The translations under genes were made by a program, and so were the position numbers. A stretch of DNA of 56,296 nt from Pseudomonadota bacterium (GTDB lineage: Bacteria; Pseudomonadota; Alphaproteobacteria; Micavibrionales; Micavibrionaceae). Below are positions 47,609-56,296 of this stretch, one piece after another (position 1 is the first letter of the stretch; every line of letters begins with the position of its first letter). The stretch lies in NCBI GenBank assembly GCA_963204715.1, contig CAUJHK010000068.1:1-56296 (forward strand), given 5' to 3'. Under the pieces are notes generated by a model. It did not search any database. It saw only the letters and a program-made list of their open reading frames with translations, and was not told the DNA's origin.

Positions 47609-48376
47609 ATGAAATTATATTTTTATCTTCTATCCCTCGTAATCTTTATGGCCATCACGCCAGCGATGGCAAAAAGCACAACCTGTTCCGATCTTCCTGA
47701 TCAAACCGCTTTAAAAACTGCCCTTACAGAGGCCAGAAAAACTGACAATGGTGGACTTAATCTTGATATGTGGGGCACGATTGTTGATCGTTCAGGCACC
47801 GTTTGTGCCATCGCATACACAGGTGAGTCTGAAGATTCACAATGGCCAGGAAGCCGCATTATCTCCGCACAAAAAGCAAACACTGCCAACGCCTTCAGCT
47901 TGAAAGGATTATCTCTTTCCACGGCCAACCTGTATTCCGCCGTTCAACCAGGTGGTTCTTTGTTTGGCCTGCAAGAAAGCAACCCCGTGGATATTAATGT
48001 TGCCTATAAGGGCAAAGCAAAATCTTTTGGCACGCCGTCTGATCCATTGGTCGGAGCGCGCATAGGCGGGGTTAATGTGTTTGGCGGAGGCTTGGCCTTA
48101 TACAATGATGCGGGCGACATTGTTGGTGCTTTGGGTGTATCTGGCGATACATCTTGCGCAGACCATAATATTGCATGGCGCACGCGCGGAGCACTAAACC
48201 TTGATTATGTTCCGGGCGGTGTGGCTGCAGATAAGTCCGACACCATCATTTATGATATTAAGGCAGGAAAAAGCACTGGTGGTTTTGGCCACCCCACCTG
48301 CGGTGGAAAGGAAGACACTATAGCGGCGTCTTTGTCTAAAGTTCGCGCCGTTGCGAAATCCGAAGAAAAGAAATAA
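47609..48376 (+). CDS. secreted GlcG/HbpS-like (DUF336) protein
   Basis: From ATG 47609 the signal peptide reads MKLYFYLLSLVIFMAITPAMA. Motifs IVDRSGTV.A, SR.ISAQKANTA.AFS and GG.ALY...G.IVGALGVSG are typical of DUF336. Confidence 0.65.
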   Translation: MKLYFYLLSLVIFMAITPAMAKSTTCSDLPDQTALKTALTEARKTDNGGLNLDMWGTIVDRSGTVCAIAYTGESEDSQWPGSRIISAQKANTANAFSLKGLSLSTANLYSAVQPGGSLFGLQESNPVDINVAYKGKAKSFGTPSDPLVGARIGGVNVFGGGLALYNDAGDIVGALGVSGDTSCADHNIAWRTRGALNLDYVPGGVAADKSDTIIYDIKAGKSTGGFGHPTCGGKEDTIAASLSKVRAVAKSEEKK

Positions 48377-48393
48377 TTAAATTCATGTAATTT

Positions 48394-48422
48394 AAAAGGG
48401 GGCTGTGAGACCCCCTTTTTTA
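48394..48422. terminator. bidirectional hairpin terminator
   Basis: AAAAGGGGG-ctgtgaga-CCCCCTTTTTT between convergent genes. Confidence 0.6.
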
Positions 48423-48428
48423 TTTCTA

Positions 48429-49607
48429 TTACGCCGCCTTGGCGGATTGCTCACCCTTCGCGGCCTCATACGCCCAGTCAAGCCACGGCATCAGCGCGGC
48501 CATGTCGGAAGATTCCACTGTTGCGCCGCCCCAAATACGCAGACCCGCTGGCGCATCACGGTATGAAGCTATGTCATAGGCAACCGCCTCTTTATCAAGC
48601 GGCTTTATCATCCCCTTGATGAAACTTTGACGCGCCTCGTCATCCATGGCCAAAAACCATGGATCTTTAACAGCCAACGTAATTGATGTGCGAGAGCGTA
48701 TCGCATCATCTTTGCACAAGAACTCCGCCCAGTTTGACGTTTTCGTCCATGTTGCAACAGCCTGATAGTTGGCTTCAGAGCGGGCAATGGTTGCTTTCAG
48801 GCCGCCTATAGATTCAACCCATTTTAGCGCATCAAGACAGTCTTCCACGCACATCATGGACGGTGTGTTGATGGTTTCAGCCTAGAAAATACCTTCGGCC
48901 AGTTTGCCCCCTTTTGACATGCGGAATAGTTTTGGCAGCGGACGGTTTGCAGGCTTGAAAGATTCAAGACGGGCTACCGCACGGGGTGACAACACAATCA
49001 TCCCATGGCCGCCTTCTGATCCTAAAACCTTTTGCCAGCTCCAAGTGGTTACATCCAATTTGTCCCATGGCATATCATACGCAAAGACTGCGGATGTGGC
49101 ATCGCAAATAGTAACCCCTTCACGGTCAGCCGCTATCCAATCACCGTTCGGAGCACGAACGCCTGATGTTGTGCCATTCCATGTAAACACAACATCACGG
49201 GTTTTTGTATCAACGGATTTCAAATCAGGAATGTCACCATACGCGGCCTTTATCACGCGCACATCTTCCAGTTTTAATTGGTTGGTTGCATCGTTTGCCC
49301 ATTCCAGACCAAAGGCCTCCCAATGCACCATATCCACGCCACGCGCACCAAGCATGGACCACATGGCCATTTCCACCGCGCCTGTGTCCGAGGCCGGCAC
49401 AATCGCTATTTTATAATCGGCGGGTATGCCCAAAAGCGCGCGATGGCGATCACACACCTCTTGAATTTTCTCTTTGCCCTTTGCCGCGCGGTGCGAACGA
49501 CCCAAAAACGCATCTTTTAAGGCCTCCACACTCCATCCCGGGCGCTTGGCGCAAGGACCAGAAGAAAAACAGGGGTTTACGGGTTTGGCTGTGGGTTTGG
49601 ATGTCAT
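48429..49607 (-). pseudogene. serC: phosphoserine aminotransferase interrupted by a single in-frame TAG
   Basis: ORFs 48882-49607 and 48429-48857 are in the same frame. Joined across TAG (48882-48884) they read ...[31 protein letters not shown]..., colinear with alphaproteobacterial SerC. Confidence 0.85.
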
Positions 49608-49698
49608 TTTAATCTCACGTTGTTATTGGGTGCTTGTAGGGCTATAAAATTCTGTTATCACTGTCCAGCGTTTTATTTACCGTGGAAGACATTAAACC

Positions 49699-50481
49699 AT
49701 GACCCGCCTGTCCGTCAATTTGAACAAGGTTGCTTTGCTAAGAAATCAGCGGGATTTACCATACCCTGATTTAATAAAAACGGCGGAAACGATTTTAAAG
49801 GCGGGCGCGCATGGCATCACCATCCACCCCCGCCCCGATGAACGGCACATTCGGCGCAGCGATGTACCCGCTTTGTCTGAATTTTTGGCGGAATATAAGA
49901 CCCCCTTTCCCACCTTTATGATGAGGCAAGAACAGGTCAAAGATGTTGAGTTCAACATCGAAGGATACCCGGACAAAGAGTTTTTAGACCTTGTGCGCGT
50001 GCACCACTGCCATCAAGTCACACTTGTGCCAGACGCCCCAGACCAAAAAACATCTGACCATGGGTGGGATGTTCTGGTGCAAAAAGATTTTTTAAAAGAT
50101 GTTGTTGCACGTCTTCATGACAATGGGCGGCGCGTGTCCTTGTTTGTTGATGCAAAGCCAGACATGGTTTTGGCGGCCAAAGACATTGGCGCAGACAGGG
50201 TTGAGCTTTACACTGGCCCATTTGCCATGAACCATGCAATTTTACCCGATTATGTTGCGGCGGCAGATGCAGCGAAAAGTTGTGATATCGCAATCAATGC
50301 GGGGCATGATCTAAACCTAGATAATTTAGCAAAGTTTATTGCGGCCATTCCTGATTGCGCCGAAGTATCCATTGGCCATGCCTTAACCATTGACGCGCTT
50401 GATATGGGATGGAACGCCACAATCTCTGCCTATCTCACCGCCATTGCCTATGGCCTTAAAACATCGGATAATCACGCATGA
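49699..50481 (+). CDS. pdxJ: pyridoxine 5'-phosphate synthase
   Basis: Motifs LSVNLNKVALLRN.R, GITIHPR.D.RHI, EGYP, VELYTGP and INAGHDLN. Confidence 0.93.
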   Translation: MTRLSVNLNKVALLRNQRDLPYPDLIKTAETILKAGAHGITIHPRPDERHIRRSDVPALSEFLAEYKTPFPTFMMRQEQVKDVEFNIEGYPDKEFLDLVRVHHCHQVTLVPDAPDQKTSDHGWDVLVQKDFLKDVVARLHDNGRRVSLFVDAKPDMVLAAKDIGADRVELYTGPFAMNHAILPDYVAAADAAKSCDIAINAGHDLNLDNLAKFIAAIPDCAEVSIGHALTIDALDMGWNATISAYLTAIAYGLKTSDNHA

Positions 50482-51359
50482 CTTATTTTATAGCCACACT
50501 GATTGCCAGTGACACGCCGCTTTCTATTGTTCATATCGAAAAGACAGAAGCCATTGTCACTGATAACAATATTGGCCTGAACGGAAAGCCATCATGGATT
50601 GCGCCGCACACCGCCGCGCGTATCCCATTACAAAATATGCCAACGATGGAGCAGGTCAAAGACATTCGAAACATGCTTTATGCCGATAAAGTTGATGTTT
50701 TATTTACGCCAGCGAACGCGCCAAAAATAAAATTATTCTTGGCCGACATGGATTCCACGATTGTAACCACCGAAACGCTGGATGAAATGGCGGACAAAGC
50801 TGGAATTAAAGATCAGATTGCCGCTATCACCAAACGCGCCATGAATGGAGAGCTTGATTTTCATGCGGCGTTAATTGAACGTGTTGGTCTGCTTAAAGGC
50901 CTGCCCATAACCGCCCTTAAAGAGACATTGGACGAAACCATTTTGTGCGATGGTGCAAAGGATTTGCTGGCGCATTTGCGCGAACAAGACGTGACCTGTG
51001 TATTGGTATCGGGCGGATTTACCTATTTCACCGATGCGATTGCAAAAAAATGTGGGTTCCACCACAATCATGGAAATAGTTTAAACCATGATGGCGTGGT
51101 TTTGGACGGCACAGTCGGCATGCCTATTTTAGATAAAAATTCAAAGCTGGAATTTTTAAAATCTTATGCCAGTGATTTAAACATATCGGTTGATGAAACC
51201 ATAGCGATTGGCGATGGCGCGAATGATCTTCCCATGCTTTGCGCCGCAGGTCTGGGAATTGGCTACCGTCCCAAGCCCGTGGTTGAAGACACCGTGGTCA
51301 ATATTTTGAAATGGGCGGATTTGGATAAATTAGTCTATGTAACACAGTATTATCAATAA
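50478..51359 (+). CDS. serB: phosphoserine phosphatase
   Basis: HAD motifs DMDSTIV, SGGF and GDGANDLPM, an N-terminal regulatory domain, and ATGA overlap with pdxJ. Confidence 0.9.
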   Translation: MTYFIATLIASDTPLSIVHIEKTEAIVTDNNIGLNGKPSWIAPHTAARIPLQNMPTMEQVKDIRNMLYADKVDVLFTPANAPKIKLFLADMDSTIVTTETLDEMADKAGIKDQIAAITKRAMNGELDFHAALIERVGLLKGLPITALKETLDETILCDGAKDLLAHLREQDVTCVLVSGGFTYFTDAIAKKCGFHHNHGNSLNHDGVVLDGTVGMPILDKNSKLEFLKSYASDLNISVDETIAIGDGANDLPMLCAAGLGIGYRPKPVVEDTVVNILKWADLDKLVYVTQYYQ

Positions 51360-51443
51360 CCCATTTGCAAATTATTAACCATTTCTGTCACACTATAGGG
51401 GGTATTTATCCAACCGCCCGTTTTCTATAGGGATGGCGCCGCC

Positions 51444-52409
51444 ATGAGCAAGAATTACAATTTTAAAGTCCCGCAAGAAGAGCTGGATCGCCTTCTTCAC
51501 CTTTATTGCCGCAATTTCACACAATTGGCGGAACAGGGGCGGTTTGACCCTATCATAGGACGTGATGAAGAAATTGACGACGTGATGCTTATCCTTCTTC
51601 AACGCTCTCGCAAAAATGCTGTTCTGCTGGCCCCCGCTGGGGTAGGTAAAACGGCACTGGTGGTCGGCCTTGCGCAGGCAATTGTCGCAGGCCGCGTGCC
51701 TGATTATTTGAAGGGCGCACAGGTGCTTGAGCTTGATATGCCTGCCATGGCGGCGGGGACAGATTCCCCTGGCGAATTCCAAGAGCGCTTTATTCCGATT
51801 TGCCGTGGATTGGCGGAGCGATATCAATACCCTGAATTCCCTAGATACATCATGTTCATTGACGAGGTTCACACCATTATGCCCGCGGCCAAAGGGTCGG
51901 CCTATGCTGGCTTGTCTGAAGTGATGAAACCCTATCTGACCGTTGGGGATTTGCATGTGATTGGCGCAACCACAACGGATGAGTTTCGCACCTATGTGGC
52001 CATTGACCCTGCTTTAGACAGGCGTTTTCAAAAAGTTTTGCTCAATGTTCCCAATGCACAAGAAACCATACAAATTCTACAAGGGATTCGCGGCAGCTAT
52101 GAAAGACACCACAAACTTACCATCCCGGATGAATGTATCTTTGAAGTGGTCAAACAGACAGAAGAGCATATGAAAAAACGCACACAGCCCGATAAATCCA
52201 TCATCACGATGGACGCGGCTTGCGCGTGGCACAACATGTTCCGTGGTGAAAACCGCACGCTTTCCATAGAGGCTGTTCACATGATGGTGGCACGAGAAAC
52301 AGGATTAAAGGCCAATGCGTTGTCCGACAGGAAATATGATGAACGCGAAGCCTTTGACCCTGCAAAAATGAATGTGCAGATCGGCGCAAAGAATTTTCAA
52401 GATAAGTAA
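51444..52409 (+). CDS. stand-alone ClpA/ClpB-type D1 AAA+ module (no N-domain, no D2)
   Basis: FDPIIGRDEEI, a Walker A variant APAGVGKT, Walker B MFIDEVH, IGATT..E.R.Y...D.AL.RRFQ.V and PDK.I..MD. The protein ends at the ClpA-like D1-D2 linker (AVHMMVARETGL). Confidence 0.7.
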   Translation: MSKNYNFKVPQEELDRLLHLYCRNFTQLAEQGRFDPIIGRDEEIDDVMLILLQRSRKNAVLLAPAGVGKTALVVGLAQAIVAGRVPDYLKGAQVLELDMPAMAAGTDSPGEFQERFIPICRGLAERYQYPEFPRYIMFIDEVHTIMPAAKGSAYAGLSEVMKPYLTVGDLHVIGATTTDEFRTYVAIDPALDRRFQKVLLNVPNAQETIQILQGIRGSYERHHKLTIPDECIFEVVKQTEEHMKKRTQPDKSIITMDAACAWHNMFRGENRTLSIEAVHMMVARETGLKANALSDRKYDEREAFDPAKMNVQIGAKNFQDK

Positions 52410-52412
52410 CTT

Positions 52413-53081
52413 TTAGATATTCGCCAAAATTTTTATCACATTCAACGTGTCATTAAACGCGTGATCCACATGATCTTCTTTTGTTTTTTTATCATGGGCG
52501 TGATGAACAAGGGCGGTAACCATACCCATTTTTTTGGGCACGATTAAATTGCGTGATAAATCTTCGACCACCAAAGTTTGATTAGCGGTTAATCCCATTT
52601 TTGCGAGTGCAAAATCAAACCCATCAGTGTGATAGGCTTTGGCTTTGAAGCCTACATCTTCAAGCGCAAAAATATGCCCATCTTGAAAAACCGAGCGCAT
52701 ATCCAGATGTGAAAGTGTACGAAGCGCCCAATCACGCGAAGCGTTGGTTAAAATTGTCATAGGCAGGGATATTTTTTGCAAATACGATTTTAATTCTTCG
52801 TTTTTAACAACGACCATATGGTCAATTTTTTGATGAAAAAGATGGTGATAATCTTCATAAACCACGCCACGTTCACCAAACAATTTAAACGAGTGACCAT
52901 GTAAAACTTGCGATTGCCGTGCCATATCCAGTGCGTCATCCAGCGATATATCAAGGCCAAGTTCGACAACGGTTTGTGCGGCGGCGATATTGCAGGCCTC
53001 AATAAAGTAATCATTATAACGATATAGCGTGCCATCCAAGTCCCAGATAACACCGCGAATATGTGATAAATCCACGCTCAT
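52413..53081 (-). CDS. HAD-superfamily hydrolase (pyrimidine 5'-nucleotidase-like)
   Basis: DLDGTLY motif I, TNA motif II, and a late acidic motif (VVEDL). Confidence 0.8.
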   Translation of the reverse strand: MSVDLSHIRGVIWDLDGTLYRYNDYFIEACNIAAAQTVVELGLDISLDDALDMARQSQVLHGHSFKLFGERGVVYEDYHHLFHQKIDHMVVVKNEELKSYLQKISLPMTILTNASRDWALRTLSHLDMRSVFQDGHIFALEDVGFKAKAYHTDGFDFALAKMGLTANQTLVVEDLSRNLIVPKKMGMVTALVHHAHDKKTKEDHVDHAFNDTLNVIKILANI

Positions 53082-54106
53082 TTTTTGGCCTCAATCACTT
53101 TAAAACCCCCTGATTGCACAACTATTTTAAAAGACGCAAAATATTGCTTTAAGGAATCCTCATAGGGCAAATGTGTGTTCGCTACCATCATCAAGACGCC
53201 GTTTTTGCGAAGATGATGTGCAGCATTTTTGACGAACGATTGTCCTATACCGATGGTTTGCTTGGCTCCTTGGTGAAAGGGTGGGTTCATTATAATGAAG
53301 TCAAGCGGCGAAACGTTCGGCAAGGGGTTCGATAAATCATGCCAGTAATACTCTATAACCGCATCCCCCTTAACACCTTCCAGGTTCTCGCGCGAACAAT
53401 CCAAAGCGCGTGCATCTCCCTCAACCACGTAAAGTGTAGAAATGTTTTTTGATGCGCGCAGCATTTCATGGGATAAATAACCAATCCCTGACCCAAAATC
53501 AGCAACCGCGCCCTTGGTGTCTTTTGGTATATAGTCCGATAAAATAAATGAGCCCTTATCCACCCTGTCCCATGAAAAAACGCCTGGTATTGTTTTAAAG
53601 GCAAGACCTTCCCCAAAATTTTTAATGACAGATGCGCCAGAGTCTTTCCAGCCTGCCACGACATCGTCTTTAATTTGTTGAGGCTTTTGCGCCCAGACAA
53701 CCCGTGCCTTGTTTTTCGATATCATATGAGTTTCAAGGCCAAGCTCTTTCATCCAACTTTCTATGCGCGTACCTCCAGAATCATTCGCCGCAGCCGCCGC
53801 CAGAACACCGCCCGCTTTTAAATTTTCCAGTGCGCTGGCAAGCCAGAATTGCGCCTCTTCTTTTTGCTTGGGAATATTGACAAGGCAGACGTCATACTCC
53901 GCCTTGCCTGACATGTTTTTCAGCAGCACACAGGGCGAAGAATTAAAACTGTCGGCCCATGGCTTAAACGGCTGATAGACATAAACGTTTTTCAGGGTTG
54001 CCACAAAAGAGTGGTAAACGCCGCCCACGAACAAAATCTTGCCCGCGCAAGGAACATCACCCATCACGAAGGGCAAAAACAGTGTATCAATATGTGAGCC
54101 AGCCAT
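53078..54106 (-). CDS. rRNA (guanine-N2)-methyltransferase, RsmC/RlmG-like
   Basis: Two-domain methyltransferase with DFGSGIGYL motif I and an NPPFH catalytic motif. Confidence 0.75.
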   Translation of the reverse strand: MAGSHIDTLFLPFVMGDVPCAGKILFVGGVYHSFVATLKNVYVYQPFKPWADSFNSSPCVLLKNMSGKAEYDVCLVNIPKQKEEAQFWLASALENLKAGGVLAAAAANDSGGTRIESWMKELGLETHMISKNKARVVWAQKPQQIKDDVVAGWKDSGASVIKNFGEGLAFKTIPGVFSWDRVDKGSFILSDYIPKDTKGAVADFGSGIGYLSHEMLRASKNISTLYVVEGDARALDCSRENLEGVKGDAVIEYYWHDLSNPLPNVSPLDFIIMNPPFHQGAKQTIGIGQSFVKNAAHHLRKNGVLMMVANTHLPYEDSLKQYFASFKIVVQSGGFKVIEAKK

Positions 54107-54207
54107 GGCCTATCTCTAGCAAACACATGAAGGAAAAGCAAAGCTGGACTTTTACCCGCTCCTTTGGGATAACCTTGGGCGATAAACAGGATTTTTTTAG
54201 AAATATT

Positions 54208-55575
54208 ATGAGTGCAAGCAAGACAGATTTAAAAACAGGCAGTATCAGGGCTCATCTTGTCCGCATGACCATCCCCATGATCTGGGGCATCGCCGCCATA
54301 ATAAGCTTTCAACTGGTGGATACATACTATGTGTCCTTGCTGGGCACGCAATATCTTGCAGCCATGTCCTTTACATTTCCTGTCACCATGTTTGTTTTTT
54401 CCATCGTCATGGGATTTGGCATTGCCATGTCGTCTGTCGTATCGCGCCTTATAGGAGAGGGAAGAACAGAAGACGTTCGTCGCGTGGCGACACACGGAAT
54501 ATTTTTGGCCTTTGTTGTTGGGTGCTTGCTGGCCACAATAGGATTTGTGTTTCGAGATAAAATATTTGAATCCATGGGCGCGGATGAAGAGATGCGCGCC
54601 CTTATTCACCAATATATGACCATCTGGTTTTTCGGGGTGCCTTTTATGGCCACGCCCTTTGTTGGAAATTCCGCGATACGCGCATCAGGCTCAACGCTCG
54701 CGCCCGCCGTTATAATGGTGAGCGTAGCCGTTTTTAACGCGGCTCTTGCGCCATTTTTGGTTTTTGGTCTTGCAGGCTTTCCACGGCTGGAACTTCAGGG
54801 CGCGGCCATTGCTACTGTCCTTTCGAATGCGCTGGCCATGGTGATGGGGCTCTATATTTTAAAGTATAAAAAGAACATGCTTCTTCTTGCAAGCAACCTG
54901 CATTTTGAGTTTTTTGGGGATTCCTGCAAAAGACTTATCTTCATTGCTGTTGCGGCGGGCATGACCTCATCCATAGGTCCGTTGATCAATAGTTTTATTA
55001 TTTCCATTTTGTCCAAATTTGGCAGTGAAGCCGTCGCCGCCTTTGGAATTGCCACACGTGTTGAGGCTTTTTGTTTTATATTGCTTATGGCTCTGGCTGT
55101 CGGTATGGGCCCTGTGATTGGCCAGAATTTTGGCGCGCGCCAGTTGGGTCGCGTGGACGAAACATTGCGTAATGCCATCGGGTTTAGTGTTCTTTATTGC
55201 ATAGTCTTAAGCGCCCTGCTGGTTCTTCTGGCAGAGCGTGTGGCAAGCGTCTTTTCACAAGACCCTACCGTTATCTACTATGCCAAAATGTGTTTTACGG
55301 TGGTAGCCCCTTCATACTTGTTTGTGAGCTTGGTCAGCGGCTGGTCTTCAGCCTTTAACGCCCTTGGCAAACCACAACTCTCCCTTATCAGTACGCTCAT
55401 ACGCATGGTCGTTTTAACCCTACCAGCGGTTTACATAGGTGCGCATTTCGGCGGCGTTTTTGGTGTTTTTGTTGGCATATCTCTGGTCAATATTGCCTGC
55501 GGGCTTGGCATCCATGCCTGGTCACGCTCCATCCTTCGAGGGTTTAAATCAAAACTTGCCCTTGAAATGCCGTAA
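54208..55575 (+). CDS. MATE-family efflux transporter
   Basis: From ATG 54208: L.R...PM..G......L.DT.Y.S.LG and 12 predicted TM segments. The ORF-track start at 53998 overlaps the divergent gene. Confidence 0.88.
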   Translation: MSASKTDLKTGSIRAHLVRMTIPMIWGIAAIISFQLVDTYYVSLLGTQYLAAMSFTFPVTMFVFSIVMGFGIAMSSVVSRLIGEGRTEDVRRVATHGIFLAFVVGCLLATIGFVFRDKIFESMGADEEMRALIHQYMTIWFFGVPFMATPFVGNSAIRASGSTLAPAVIMVSVAVFNAALAPFLVFGLAGFPRLELQGAAIATVLSNALAMVMGLYILKYKKNMLLLASNLHFEFFGDSCKRLIFIAVAAGMTSSIGPLINSFIISILSKFGSEAVAAFGIATRVEAFCFILLMALAVGMGPVIGQNFGARQLGRVDETLRNAIGFSVLYCIVLSALLVLLAERVASVFSQDPTVIYYAKMCFTVVAPSYLFVSLVSGWSSAFNALGKPQLSLISTLIRMVVLTLPAVYIGAHFGGVFGVFVGISLVNIACGLGIHAWSRSILRGFKSKLALEMP

Positions 55576-55626
55576 ATCTATAGTCTTCTTTGTATTCTAG
55601 ACACCAGCCACATAAGGAGATTACGG

Positions 55627-56296
55627 ATGACCATCCACCGCACCCTGCTAACTTTGAGTTTAATATTCGCCGCTCTTTTACCTGCCGGCATGGCAAACGC
55701 TGATGACGAAAATTCCTTAATGTTACCGCCAGATGGCACGACTCTTATCAATCTGTCCGCAACGGAAAAACGCACACTGCCGCAAGATTTGCTGGTGGCC
55801 TCACTTCGCATAGAAGCTGAAGATAAAAACAACCCAGCCGCTGTTCAAAAGAAAATCAATGAAGCCATGACCAAAGCCCTGGAGCTGGCAAAAAAAGAAA
55901 GCTCTTTTAAAATTTCGACGGGTGCCTATTCCGTTTATAAAAACGAATACGCGGTTATCACCAACCCGAAAACAGGTGAGCAAAAAACCGAAAAAAAATG
56001 GGTAGGATCACAAAGCATAGAAATTCAGTCCAAAGATTCAACAAAGCTTTTGGAAGTTGTCGGGAAAATTCAGGAAATGGGATTTGCCATGAACAATCTG
56101 GCTTACACTTTGTCCCCTGATCTTATGGACAAAACACGCGATGAGCTTTTAACCGCCGCCTTAAAAAAACTTATGGCCAAGGCTGACATAGTGGCCAAGA
56201 CTTTGGGGAAATCAAAGGCTGATCTTGTTGATGTAAACGTTGATGCGGGTGGCCCTGTTGTTCCCATGTATAAAAATATGATGGCACGGGCAGAAG
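55627..56296 (+). CDS. SIMPL-domain (DUF541, BP26/OMP28-like) periplasmic protein, 3' end cut by the window edge
   Basis: It is missing from the ORF track because no stop is reached. ATG 55627 follows AAGGAG. Signal peptide MTIHRTLLTLSLIFAALLPAGMANA. The frame stays open to nt 56296, with a SIMPL-like pattern (L.VSA......PD.....L..EA....A..A). Confidence 0.75.
   Translation, partial: MTIHRTLLTLSLIFAALLPAGMANADDENSLMLPPDGTTLINLSATEKRTLPQDLLVASLRIEAEDKNNPAAVQKKINEAMTKALELAKKESSFKISTGAYSVYKNEYAVITNPKTGEQKTEKKWVGSQSIEIQSKDSTKLLEVVGKIQEMGFAMNNLAYTLSPDLMDKTRDELLTAALKKLMAKADIVAKTLGKSKADLVDVNVDAGGPVVPMYKNMMARAE

Overview
This window looks like alphaproteobacterial chromosome (inference). The evidence is synteny: trpF-trpB-trpA-accD-folC, chvI-chvG, tsaE-murU-addB-addA-trxA and thrS-infC. 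Sampled housekeeping lines are about 50% G+C. About three quarters of the window is ordinary housekeeping: tryptophan, folate, serine and PLP biosynthesis, ahcY, purU, recombination repair, thrS/infC and gabD.

Three accessory segments stand out.

(1) 9.0-12.8 kb. A secreted Gly-rich protein with a PEP-CTERM/VPLPA-CTERM-like tail is followed by an AT-rich cassette array. The array holds a 215-aa toxin-like gene and three paralogous multi-TM genes that I read as immunity candidates. Each paralog is preceded by a copy of the toxin's 3' tail.

(2) 31.8-42.9 kb. A type I secretion locus (TolC / ABC with C39-like domain / HlyD), a LysM protein, and a 1374-aa LapA-like RTX adhesin. The adhesin has four ~140-aa repeats and a duplicated TAAG di-alanine motif.

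(3) 46.2-48.4 kb. An AT-rich insertion sits between serA and serC. Its first gene shares a distinctive N-terminal peptidoglycan-binding-like module with the toxin of segment 1, is frameshifted in an A6 run, and sits behind a consensus promoter plus a leader terminator.

serC itself carries one in-frame TAG. I saw no rRNA, tRNA, CRISPR array, transposase or integrase. All functional calls come from by-eye motif and synteny recognition only. No database or HMM search was possible.
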